Assembly (NCBI GenBank): GCA_965153455.1
Contig: OZ234493.1
Location: 868,001-932,000 of the forward strand
From: Sphagnum compactum
Lineage: Eukaryota
DNA: 64,000 bases
Reading direction: 5' to 3'
In this document: piece by piece, positions 39,660 through 50,880 of the stretch
Layout of the letters: each line of letters begins with the position of its first letter
How positions within the stretch are numbered: position 1 is the stretch's first letter
The notes under the pieces: model-generated
What the model saw: only the letters and a program-made list of their open reading frames with translations
What the model was told of the DNA's origin: nothing
Databases searched by the model: none
Made by a program: the position numbers and the translations under genes

Positions 39660-41820
39660 TGTACCATATGTTGAGCTCTTGTAGTTTCCCAAAAAATGCT
39701 TTTCCTTCTTAATAAATTTTTAAATTTACTTTCCTAATGTTTAGCGGTGTGCGAATCGGGGTTGGCTTTCAACCAAAGCCTCAGCTCACGCTTCACTATA
39801 CGGCAATTAGCGTCAATCCAGGGTTTATGGCAATGTGTCTCTCTGCAATTTCCTCCCGAAGGCTTGCTGCCAAAAGTAGACTCTGCTGCAGCACCCACGC
39901 ACTGCCGCAATAGGTCAGCTAACATGTCTGCCCCCAAATGCCCAATTGAGTCAGCAACCCACAGGTTTCTAGGACTCGCTGTTAGGGCAAGCTGATACTC
40001 TTTAGTTTTTGATTTATCATATTTGAACCTAGGTAAGAATTTTTGTGTTACAACTGTATGTTGTGGCTCAACAAAGCTACAATCGATGTTCAACCGTAGG
40101 TGTAACAACCTGTGGTCAAAATCTCCCCCATCACGCAGTAGCGGGTGTCATTTGTTATCACTTCGAAGTGTGTAGTAACTTGCCAAATTACAAGTGAGCC
40201 AACAATATAATCAATAGTGCTATGCCCCCCATTTGCCAAGCAAGTGAACTCCCCCGATTTGTCACCAGGTGTCAAACCATTGAAGATGAGCAACCTAGCG
40301 TCACAACATAAGTCCAGGAGTTCACGGCCCCAGCCGCCAACACTGGTGTCACGGTTCTGTCGCTTAGCCACAATGCTTGGTTGTTGAGTTTCAGCAAGTT
40401 CAGGCGCCTGTAACAGTTCACAAAGGTCGCTAGTGTCAATGGTATCTGGTAACGTTGTAGTACGCGCATTAAAATCCCCTCCCAATAATATTATGCCCCC
40501 TAGAGTTTGAACTTCAGTAATATTTGCTGCCAGGTCTTGGAACAGGGATTTGTTCTCGTGTTTGGAGCCAACAGGGGCAGCATACGCCACGCAAACAAAC
40601 AAGTCAGGGGTAGCACCCTTGCTGACCCATAGCCATAGATAAGAATTATGGCTTCCTTCGTTCCACTGTGACAGGTTTGGGCTGAGGTGGCTACAAAAGT
40701 AAGCAACAACCCCCTCACTATGTTTTATCGTTTTTGTTCTTCCCAGCTGCACAATGCGCGCTACCACAAGTGAGTCAAACCCTTCATCGTGTGGCAAATG
40801 TTGGCCTAAGAAGTGCTAGGTTTCGGTTAATAAGACAAGGTCAACATCCTGAAATAGTTCTAGTATTTGCACCCCCGTTTCCAGTTTATTTACACCACCC
40901 TCGTGCATGTTCCATAATAGCATACATAGGTCTTTTTGGTCCTCGTGCCCCTAGATAGAAGAGGGCAGGCAAATCCAATTGCCGTTGATGAAGAGCTCGG
41001 CTGCACGCCAAAAGGCGCGCTTGCCTGTCGCCTTGGCCTCTTTGAATAACGGTCACAATTTTGACTTGAGCGCCTACTGCGCGGGCATGAGGTTCTCGTC
41101 TAGGCCTAGCTTGGTCCCCGCCAAACCTTTGCGCCCTCACAGCGCGGCCTGGTGATCTTCGCTCGTTGCGAATTTGAACAGCACCGCACCGAAGCGCGCT
41201 CCCGCCGCCAAGGTGGAGGCTCACACGGTCGCAGCCGTTGCCGTGTGGCAGCGACGACCTTGGTGCGCAGCCTCATTTGCCTTTGCAATAGCTCTGTGTT
41301 GAGCCGCTGCACCAACTCTTTCTCGATCTTGCCCTCCTTAACCTCGAAACCCATGAGGCGCAGGTTGAGCTTGCACTCCTCCTGTTTGGGCGCGTCGGCC
41401 AAGGTCTCCACAGCCCGACTGACCACCTAGCGCACGTTTTTGGCCATCACTGTGGTCCACTTGGGCTCCTCCACAGAAGCAGCTTTAGATGTGACAGCCG
41501 CGGCCGCCTCGCGCTCCATCAGCTGGTTAACTGAAAAGCTGCCAGCGACCGCGAGAGACGCAATGTTCTCGATGGCCGCCTCCATCTTGGACAGTCGCGT
41601 GACAACAAGTGAGCTGTCGGTCTTGAGGCCCATGACTAGCCAATGCCCGGCCAGGGCTACCTGGTAGACCGCCAAGGGTGCATTGTTTAGAACGTTGAGC
41701 CCGGCGTTATTGTAGTGCGTCTTGGCAATGTTCTTCTTCAACGTGAAAATGTTCGACGCTACAATGAAAGGGCACAACAGCGGTGCGACATCAAGTGCCA
41801 TCGCGGAATTCTTCAAATCT
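39660..41820 (-). mobile_element. LINE (RTEX/CR1-like) with ORF1 and the APE endonuclease part of ORF2; 3'-truncated before RT
   Basis: GC-rich ORF1 at ~41800-40950 (KLNLRLMGFE.., with a stop and a frameshift). ORF2 APE motifs: LWNMH.., DLVLLTET, VAYAAP, LGGDFNART, GRELLDLC, EFTC..GHSTIDYIV, then HKPWIDANC. Coding similarity stops near 39660. Confidence 0.85.
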
Positions 41821-42044
41821 TAAACCCTAAACCAGTGTCTATTTTTTAAATAGGACTTGAAAAGTCAAAAAACACATGGGTTTTAGCCATTAAAAAATTT
41901 AGAAATTTGGTATAGGAGAAAGGCTTATGGTCAGAAGATCCCAATAGAGCATGGTTGGTACATTGTTGAAAAACAGGTTTCTTCAAACAGGTAAGTGAGT
42001 TGAAAACACAAAGGGAAAAATCCAGGCGATGCTTTACGATTTAG

Positions 42045-42280
42045 AAAAGTGAAAGAGAAGAGATGAGAGCAGGTTTAGGTTTTTAAGAAAAGAAGAGGTC
42101 TAAGGTTTAAAGAAGAGAAGAATAAGAGAAGAGAAGAGCTTTGGAGAAGAGAAGAGATGAGGTTTAGGGTTCAAGGAAGAGAAGAGAAAGAGAATAGAAG
42201 AGAAGAGGTTTAGGGTTTAGAGAAGAGAAAAGGTTTAGGGTTTAGAGAACAGAAGAAAAGAGAAGAGAGAAAGAGACAAT
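42045..42280 (+). repeat. (GAAGA)n low-complexity tract interspersed with GGTTTAG telomere-like heptamers
   Basis: Visible directly: gaagagaagag runs broken by ggtttagggttt. Confidence 0.85.
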
Positions 42281-43255
42281 AATTACGTCCCTCCCCCACT
42301 TCCAAAAAAAGAAAAGGGCCTCAGAAGTCAAAAACCAAGAACCTAGAACTATCCTTGCTGGCGTTTGTGCTTGGCGCAGGGTGATTGCAGCGAGGACATG
42401 GCGATGGCGGGCCTGACCTCTTTCAACCTTGGGTGAATGAACTCGGGGTGGGGGTTGCTCAGCTACTGCCGCTCCTGTTGCTACAATGTAGCGTGGCTTA
42501 ACGTCTTGTGTCGTCGGTCGTCTTCGTCATCGCGCGAATCCCAAATTTCTTGCAGAGTTTTCTCACGCGTCGATTAGCTTGAAGACCACTTCAAACCTTT
42601 TTCTGATGCCTACCTCAATTCCTCATAAACAAACCCAAAATCTGCAGAATTTGCAGAACTATTGTGTGTGTGTGTGTGTGTGGGGTCTTGCTTACTTCTC
42701 CAGTGCTGCCGATTCTTCTTCTTCCTCTTCTTCTTGTCAAAGGCCTTGGTGAAGTTCAACTCCCTCGTTCCTTCCTTCCCCTTCCTTTTCTTTTCTTTTC
42801 TTTTCTTTTCTTCCCTTCTTTTACCTTCCTTCCAAGCTCCTAGGCTGTGGCAGCAGCAGCAGACACGATGCAGCAAGAAGCTTGAAGGGCGATGGCGCCC
42901 TGATTGGTCCATCTCTTGCTTCCTTCCCTTGCTTGCTTGCGGCCGGATCTGCCATTTTACGTATCAAGAATCAATTGGTCCTTGAGAGACGGCTGTTGGC
43001 AGAAAGATTGACGAAGGAAGGAGGGCAAGGGAAGCGGGAGGTTCGCTGTGGAAGAACTCCCATCGTCTTCACTCCACGACCTAAAACTCCTTGAAGCAGC
43101 AGCAAGAAATCAAAAACCTCTTTAAATTCTGAGGAAAAAGAAGAGCCAGAAACAAGTAATTTGCACCCATAAAATAGAACATTGATGTTACAGTTAATAG
43201 TAATATTAATCTGGACGTCATTGATCACTTGAGCCCATTCTATGGATTCCAGTTA

Positions 43256-43631
43256 GAGCATTTTCACCAAAATTCAGTACGGGACACTGCAAAAACATTT
43301 CTCAGATCCAAGTTTTTGTTAGGCTACTAACTTTTTTCCAACCCTACCCATAAAACTGAAACTGAGACTGCAAGTTGGTAGGAGACTACTAATAGCAACC
43401 CACTTGGACCAATCAAACTATCTAGCCAATCGGAAACAAGGAGCAGTGAATAAATACAATTTGACTGTGTTTATTAGACTCTTCAAGGGCTCCTTCAGGG
43501 CTCTCAAAGCTGTGCATTTTTTCACTGTCAGGGTCCTAGTAGTCTTCCGATGGGTTCACTGGATTTGACTGATGAACCTCATCCAAGGTTACCAGTGCAG
43601 GGTCACATACTGAGCGTTGGTGGAGATGCTC
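43256..43631. mobile_element. Tourist-type (PIF/Harbinger) MITE, 376 bp
   Basis: 15-bp TIRs GAGCATTTTCACCAA / TTGGTGGAGATGCTC (2 mismatches), with a TTA TSD at 43253-43255 and 43632-43634. Confidence 0.9.
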
Positions 43632-43661
43632 TTAGTATGCAATTAAGGTCATGATGATCAA

Positions 43662-44015
43662 GCTGGGGAGCAACCAGCATGAGTCACTCATGCTGTAGAG
43701 CTTGTGGATGACAGATTGCATAAGACTTTGAGACCAAAGTCTCTCAGCGCCTCCAGATCAAAACTTCCAATCTGGATACTACAGGAGATGGTGATGAAAG
43801 TGATATTTACCAGACTGCAGCCTTACTGGGAGATGGCTGGGGAGCAACCAGCATGAGTCACTCATGCTGGTGAGCTGATGTGGATGACAGATTGCTATAA
43901 GACTTTGAGACCAAAGTCTTTTAGGGCCTCCAGATTAAAACTTCCAATCTGGATACTACTGGAGATGGTGATGAAAGTGATATTCGCCAGATTGTAGCCT
44001 TACTGGGAGATGGCT
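43662..44015 (+). repeat. Tandem duplication (~174-180 bp x2) of the CYP701 5' region up to the start codon
   Basis: gctggggagcaaccagcatgagtcactcatgctg starts at 43662 and 43836; both copies end in ccttactgggagATGGCT. Confidence 0.9.
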
Positions 44016-47000
44016 TTGGAGCTGGTACTGGGGGAGAAGCTTAGTGGGGCTTCAATGGCGTTCATCATGCTTTTTGTGTCTTGGATCCTTGTCCATTTCG
44101 CCACCTCTCTTCTCTTCAAGAAGAAAAATCTCTTTCCTTGTGAGCCTTGCTTCTATCTAAGTTCTTCCAATATTATTGTTCAATACCTTGAACTTACTTC
44201 AGAGACCGTCCAATTGGTGCTTATGGAAACCACAAAGCCAATTATGTTAAAATCTTCTTTAGCAATTTTAGAAATTACAATTAGCAATAGCTAGAAGATG
44301 AAGGGATATTTGTTGACTAACACGATCTGATGCATAGAGCACATATGTCTAGATTCTACTCCAAGATTCTTCTTAGATTAAGTGTAATCAAGTCTTTTTT
44401 TGCAATGGGTTTGGATTTTGATTACAACCATTCCCGGACTACCATTTTTGGGCAATCTATTGCAATTGTTGAAGGAATGAAAACCGCACCAGAGGTTCAC
44501 TACTTGAGCTACAAAATATGGGCCCATATTTTCAATCCAAGTTGGTTCAATCAAACAAGTTGTCATCACATCACCTCAGATTGCGAAGGAGGTACAAACA
44601 AATTTTCAAGAATAATCTTGAGCTACTTGACAGATGAAATTTCCTTTTCGAAGCTCTATGTTTTTCACGAAAAAGGAAATGTTTGTCATCTATTTGTTAA
44701 GTGCTCTTAGGAATTCTTTTGTACAGGCCATGATCACAAAATATGAAATAATATCATCCAAAAAGTTACTTCTAGCATTGCAAATTATAACTAGGGTTAA
44801 AACAAATACTGCACTCTCAGATTACGACAATCAATATTGCATGTTGAAAAAGTTTCTAGTCGGTCATCTCCTCAACATCAATTTCAAGTAGCTACACTCC
44901 TATATTAAAGTTTCATCAATTGGTATATGTATTCAACTATCATGAAGTTTTGTTGTTTGTGTATATTTGGCTGACTTGCACAAAAGATTTTGCATGAATT
45001 CGTGTAATGTGTGGCAGAAACAAATCAACCCATTTGAAAAAATGTTTTGTTCTCCATGTTAAATTCCATGTTCTTGGACTTGAAAATCAATAGTCCTCGT
45101 TCCAGAGGTGTAGTGATTGATGTTCATGAATACCTCAAGAGTTTTTTTCCCCTTTTCCATGTTTCAGGTAACCTATTTGAACCACGTATTAGAAATTTGG
45201 TGATTTTTTTTTTAAATTGAGCAAATTTTGGGTATTAGAAATCTCAAAAAACACTTGATTTTAGCACTTTTTATTTTTAGTATATCATTTTGGCTATAAA
45301 TAGCTAACAAAAAAAGGTTTTTTGGTGGAACTAAGATGTGGTGCATGCATATCATAGCTAACCAAGCGATATCATGTGTTGGGTGTTTTTTATTTCATGT
45401 TATGAGATGGGAGTTTACGTATTTTTTACAGGTATGGGGTTATGTGCCAAAGGAAGTTGATTGTTTAGAGTTGGGAGTTGTAACAAAGTGGGAGATGTTT
45501 GACGCATTAATTGATGTTATATTCAAAATCATCATCAAAGTCGACTAGTAGGATTTCTTCCTTGCTTTTAAATGGGTACCTAACAAGAGTCTAAAGGACA
45601 AGATCAAAGCCATCAAAAAACGACAAACATTAATCATCAAAAACTTTATCAATGAACAGTGCAAATGTTTACAAAATAAATTAAATGTGAATAATTAATT
45701 AACTTCCAAAGAACATGTTCTAAAAATTGTGCAAAACATGTAGTTTCATGAGTAGCTAGACTTAATCGATTAATTTGATCATCATGCAATTGAGTTTCAA
45801 CAACTCTTAGATTCATTATTTAGTCAATTGAAATCTACATATTGTGGTCTATGGGGTGGTTAGACTATAGGGACCAAGGAAATGTTTCGCAAATATATTG
45901 TTAACAAAAGCAACACATTTGCATGAGTTGCAAATGGAGCTATTATTGTGGGAGTCAATACTTTTGAGCGCAAACACAACCATGGTAACAATTGAATGGA
46001 TCATGTTTGAGCCTGTAAGGAATCCTACAATACAAGAACATTTGTACAAGGAAGTAATTGATGTTATAGGTGGTCAAGATTAGACAATAATTCAGATGAT
46101 CAGAGAAGATGATATTCCAAACATGCCTTATGTTGCAACCCTAGCCTTGGGTTCACGACCAAGGCGAGGGCTTGCAAAGGTGCGAGCCAAGAGGAATCCC
46201 GGGAGTCACATCTAGTGCTTCCAGGAGTGTAAAAGAGTGTGAGGGAATGACCCCTCACACTCCCAAAGGAACTCCCACCTTGGGAGTTGGAGTCCTGATG
46301 GACTCTCGAATTTTCAGAGATCGATTACAGGGGTCAAAACCTAATGGATTGAAGAGTTCTTCATATCATTGGAAAGCTCTTGGAACTTAAATGTCTAAAA
46401 TGGGCTCGCATGACCCATTTGGACACTTCTAACACAAGTTTTGGTCAAAAGAAGGGCCGGGAGTCAAATTGGCAGTTTGATTCCCGACCACTAAAAGCTA
46501 GGAATCAACCCAATTTCCTTGCGTGCAGGTGGCGTGCGACATACTGTTAGAAAGCTCTTGACGAGAGCTATAACTTTGCTTTAGACCTCATATTAATCAG
46601 AGTCTGAACGCAAAGTTATGGGCTCCCAAAGTTTTGAGAGTCCCAATTGTGGGAATTTTGGGACTCCCACTTGGGAGTCCCGGGACAAAAAACCATTTGG
46701 GTGCTGGTCCCATGGCTAGGCATAGAGTATACTATATGAGGGAAGGTGGTGGCTTCCCGTGAGTCCGGGCCGTGATGAATCTTGTGAGTCCAAGTTGCCC
46801 GTTATCCATCCTAACACCAAAACCGTTCCAACTATGCACTAACCAACTTGTTGTTTGGTTTGTGCAGATCCGTGTGAGTGATTGATTGCTTGTCATTTCT
46901 TCCTAGTCTCATCCCAGAGCTCCAGCACGCCTCTCTATCCCCAAAGTGCTGCGAGCCAGGGAGCGTGCCCCAACTCCTTATTCTTTCGTTGTTTTCAAAC

Positions 47001-47162
47001 TAGACTCATATTGAAGTCTATCAAGGAGCTTGGGAAAGCGTCACCTTGAATGTTGTGATCAAAGAAAATTTCAGAAAATACCCACTCGTCCCATTATTGC
47101 CACCTCATTATGTCGACAAAGATACCACTTTTGGTGGCTATGACATTTTAAAGGGTTGGCAA
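44010..47162 (+). pseudogene. CYP701 (ent-kaurene oxidase, moss CYP701B-like) pseudogene, exons 1-6
   Basis: Exons: ~44010-44138 (membrane anchor); 44428-44591 (IPGLPFLGNLLQL..KPHQRFTT*ATKYGPIFSI); 44727-44887 (AMITKY..ALSDY); 45018-45167; 45432-~45680 (KVD**DFF..KWVPNKS); 45871-46130 plus 47044-47162 (LLWESILLSANTTMVTIEW..KENFRKYP..GGYDILKGWQ). It has multiple stops, damaged splice sites and an LTR insertion. Confidence 0.9.
46131..47043 (+). mobile_element. Solo LTR (913 bp), related to the chromovirus LTRs, inserted in CYP701 exon 6
   Basis: TG..CA ends (tgttgcaacc..gcgtca) with near-TSD CCTTA/CCTTG. It shares caaaagaagggccgggagtcaaattggcagtttga with the LTR at 61369. Confidence 0.9.
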
Positions 47163-48659
47163 ATAGATGGTATTTTGATATACTAATTGTTTACAAAATA
47201 ATTTTTTGGACTTGGACCTTCAGTTTTGGTATCTAAGCATAAACTAAAGCATGTTTAAAAAATAGTTAGATGCAATGATCAAGCATTCAAGAAATCAGTA
47301 GGTGAAATCCCCCTAAGGGTGTGGCAATTTGCAAAATAAGGCTTGGATAATGACAAAAAAATAATGTGCATAGCCTAGATTTGTGGGAATGTCCCCAAAG
47401 CCCAAGGTGAGGCCATGCCCCAAATAAAAGGTCTTGGATGAAACAATAGCATGCTAGTGTGGCCTCACATTTTGGGAATGTCCCCCACTTGTGGGTTTAG
47501 GCCCTTTCCAAAATAAGGCACCTAGGATGAGGCATAATCAAATGCGGCCATGTGTTTTGCAAGGAATGTCCCTTTCATCATAAGGCATGGAGCCCAAGTT
47601 CAGAACCTAAACATACATAGATCACAAGGCATATGAAAGGTATAGTTCTTACACCTACTCCTTAATTTAGGGGGAAGAATCTTGCAATTATAAAAAGTCA
47701 TATTATCTCCTCTCCTTTTCAAGGAGTAACAGCTGTAATATCCTTCCTATTTTATAGGATGGGTGCACCCATGGATATTTAATGTTTGAATTTATTTTGT
47801 AGCTTATAATATAAGAAACCAAACTTGAATATGTTAACATGTTTTAATATGATTTGAAATTGTGACAATTTTTCAAGACAAAACACAAAATTTGGCAAAA
47901 TTTATACATTTCAAAAATTTGTATTTATTCAAAATTGATTATAAAAACATAACATATTGGGGCAACTAAAGATGCAATAAACAAAAAGTTTCAAAATGTT
48001 ACATTTGAAAATCCCCTTTATGAAAACATTTTTTTTTGTAAAAGGACCCTAAGAAAGACAATAGTCCTAAATGCAAAGGAAACACATTGGTTTGTTAAAT
48101 GTCATTTGGACCCATCAACATACCCAATATGGTATAATGTCATGTATGTTGATGACATATTTTCAAATCCAAGCATGTAATTAACATATTTTACTATAAC
48201 AAAATGATTTAATTTTTGAATTTTAGGAATCCCATAGGTTACGTACCTAGATTATATGTGACGTATTTAGTATTGGAGCAACTTGTTATACCACCAATAT
48301 AGACACCACACATTGTTGGTAATCAATTCACTATAATGGTTCAACTAGTTGTTATCAAGGATAGAGGACCTATTCAACAACGAGTTATTACTTCAATGAC
48401 AACCATTATAGCAATCAATATTGAGATACATTGAATAGGTGATGGTTTCCCAGTTCATGTAGCAAGAAAAGTTCTACTCATCATCCACCAAATGGAGGAC
48501 AACTTGGAGATTCACTTGGAGGAAATTCACATAAAGGAAATCACTTGGAGGACCACCATTCAATCCACCTATTTGGATCACTTAAATGGTTGGCACCTAA
48601 TCCATGTATGTTCATGCCACCATGGTATCCATGAGTTGTTGCATAACTTGTATTAGAAC

Positions 48660-49150
48660 CATCAACCAAGTTACCATATAAGAAGTTGCAATACCCAATT
48701 TACATGAAAGACATTGACCTTGATGCTCACATTAAAATATTTTAAAAAGACCATTAAAGCTAAGGGTGAAATTGTGGAAGTTAACATTATCAACCTATTT
48801 GGGTTCATTCTCAAATATAATATCTCTAAATGGGGTGAAAATTTTGTTCAAGATCATCCAAATTTCACATTTGAAAAAGTAGAGCAAACATTTTGTAAAT
48901 GGTTCACAACTTTGAAGAATGATGAAGAGGTCTACATGCAATTACAAAACATTCAACAATAAACTATTGAACGTGTTGAGGTTTATTATGAACACTTGAT
49001 CAAATTAGTATATTTTTTATAGGTTAGAGCAACATATGTTTTCTTCACCACTATTTTCAACACATGTTTGTTACCTTATTTACAATTGGCAATAATGGGT
49101 GTGAAACAAAATACCTTGATTTTAAACATAATGAAGTTGTTGTAGTCTGT
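48660..49150 (+). mobile_element. Decayed Ty3/Gypsy gag relic
   Basis: KLQYPIYMKDIDLDAHIK..INLFGFILK..SKW..HPNFTFEKVEQTFCKWF..VYMQLQNIQQ*TIERVEVYYE follows the Retrotrans_gag pattern. Confidence 0.7.
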
Positions 49151-49829
49151 GAAAAACGTCAACCTATTAATATAAGCTACAATGTTATACTAACCATATT
49201 AAAGCAATAGAAAATTTGGTAATACATGTTGTTACAACTAAATCTAGACTTCTATTTACAATGTAGTTATTGCATGAGTCTATGAACATGAGTCGCGAGC
49301 TTGCGAGCATGAGCTACAAGCTTGTGAGCTTGACTTCATGAGTATGAAGGAATATTTTTAAAAATATTCTTGCCATATGGATAAAATATGCTTGCTAACC
49401 AATAAGATTCCTATTGCCACATGATAGGAATATTTTTCCATGTGTCAAGAATCTTCTTATGATGTGGTAGTGATAATTTGCCATGTCACCTATTTGGTTG
49501 TTAGTGGGCATATTGTGCTCTCGTTTCATCTTATTGTGTCCAATGATTATGGCTAAGGACCTTGCTTGGTTATTATTAACACAAAAATAAAATACAAAAA
49601 GTTTGACATTACTTTAAAAGATTTAAAGGCAAGATGATATATGAAATATTGAACATGTTTTCAAAATTAAAAAAGGTGATTTTGAAATCCCAAATCATGC
49701 CAACAAGACCACTAGAATGAAAATGAAGATCATTCATGTTGTTTCATATAATACATTTGAACACACATCTTTTTATAAACACTCAAATGTCATTTTTAAG
49801 CATGAATACTTCCTTAGGAGCTAAATTTC

Positions 49830-50880
49830 AATCCAACAAATGACAAACTGAATCATAACTCCAAGTGGGGAAACGAATAAAATTTTAAAACTTCCCACAA
49901 AACATCATGTGTTGTAATGCATAATACAAGTATTTGCAAGGCATCCACTTCCCTCATTGACCCAACAAATTAACAACAATGCCCAAAAAATCCAAGCAAA
50001 TACAATTTGGGAAATACCCAATTGTAACTTCATTTTACCTTCTATTCGTAAGAACATCGATCAAAATGTTGTACACTCGTCCATACCTAGGCGCATGAAA
50101 CTCCAATGGTGGGTTTACAATTGTCTCCAAAAGATGACCAACTTCCCGTTGATTGCAATGCTGTCTAAACATCTTAAATGGGATCGTCTGTTGAATAGTC
50201 TTACCATTGTGTGTTGTATGCCATGACATTACATCTAACGGTCGATGTATTGGAATAAATATTTTTGCACCAAATAGGTTACAAGGCTAGATGTAATGTC
50301 ATACATTGAGAACAAAACCTACTTCCTCAAAAGATATGACCTCATCTTCTGTTAGGTTGGTACCCATTTGCATAGGCCAAATTTTAGGTACAACTAATCT
50401 ATCCATCGCATATCTATGCTTGGTGCCCCCATGCAATGATTCAAATCATTGGCACAAAACTAGAACTTGTGTAGTTTGAAGGGTGCACTTGAGAACCGAT
50501 ACCACATACCAAAATAAGTTGGAACAAGAACTTCAATTATAGTTGTCTTGGAAATTATCTTCAAAGTGCAACATTGCTTAGTGGATTTTGCTAATGTGGA
50601 ATATTGAACATGCGAAGTCGACAAACATCATTCTATATGCCATACTCCATCCCCACATGGAGTTTCCATGACCTCAACATCGCCAACAATGAAAACCATG
50701 TGATCATGCTAATCAATGTTACTGGATGGTTGTTCATGTGATTTTTTAGTCTATGGGTTATTTGAGGATGAGAAAAACTCACCCAAGATCATGCCTATGC
50801 AAATCACTTTCTAATCTTGGAAGCAAGCTTGCCTTGCATTTGAAATTTATGGACCATGTGCGTGTTTTTTTTGTAGGAGG
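49830..50880 (-). pseudogene. Decayed SWIM zinc-finger-containing ORF, probably from a DNA transposon
   Basis: 50035-49830 reads NEVTIGYFPNCICLDF..GKWMPCKYLYYAL..PTWSYDSV, fitting the SWIM CxC..CxH pattern with H changed to Y; it contains stops. Confidence 0.6.

Noticed and set aside
42610-42985. Lys/Phe-rich ORFs
   Set aside because: They derive from (TG)n and (CTT/CTTTT)n microsatellites, and no family is recognisable.
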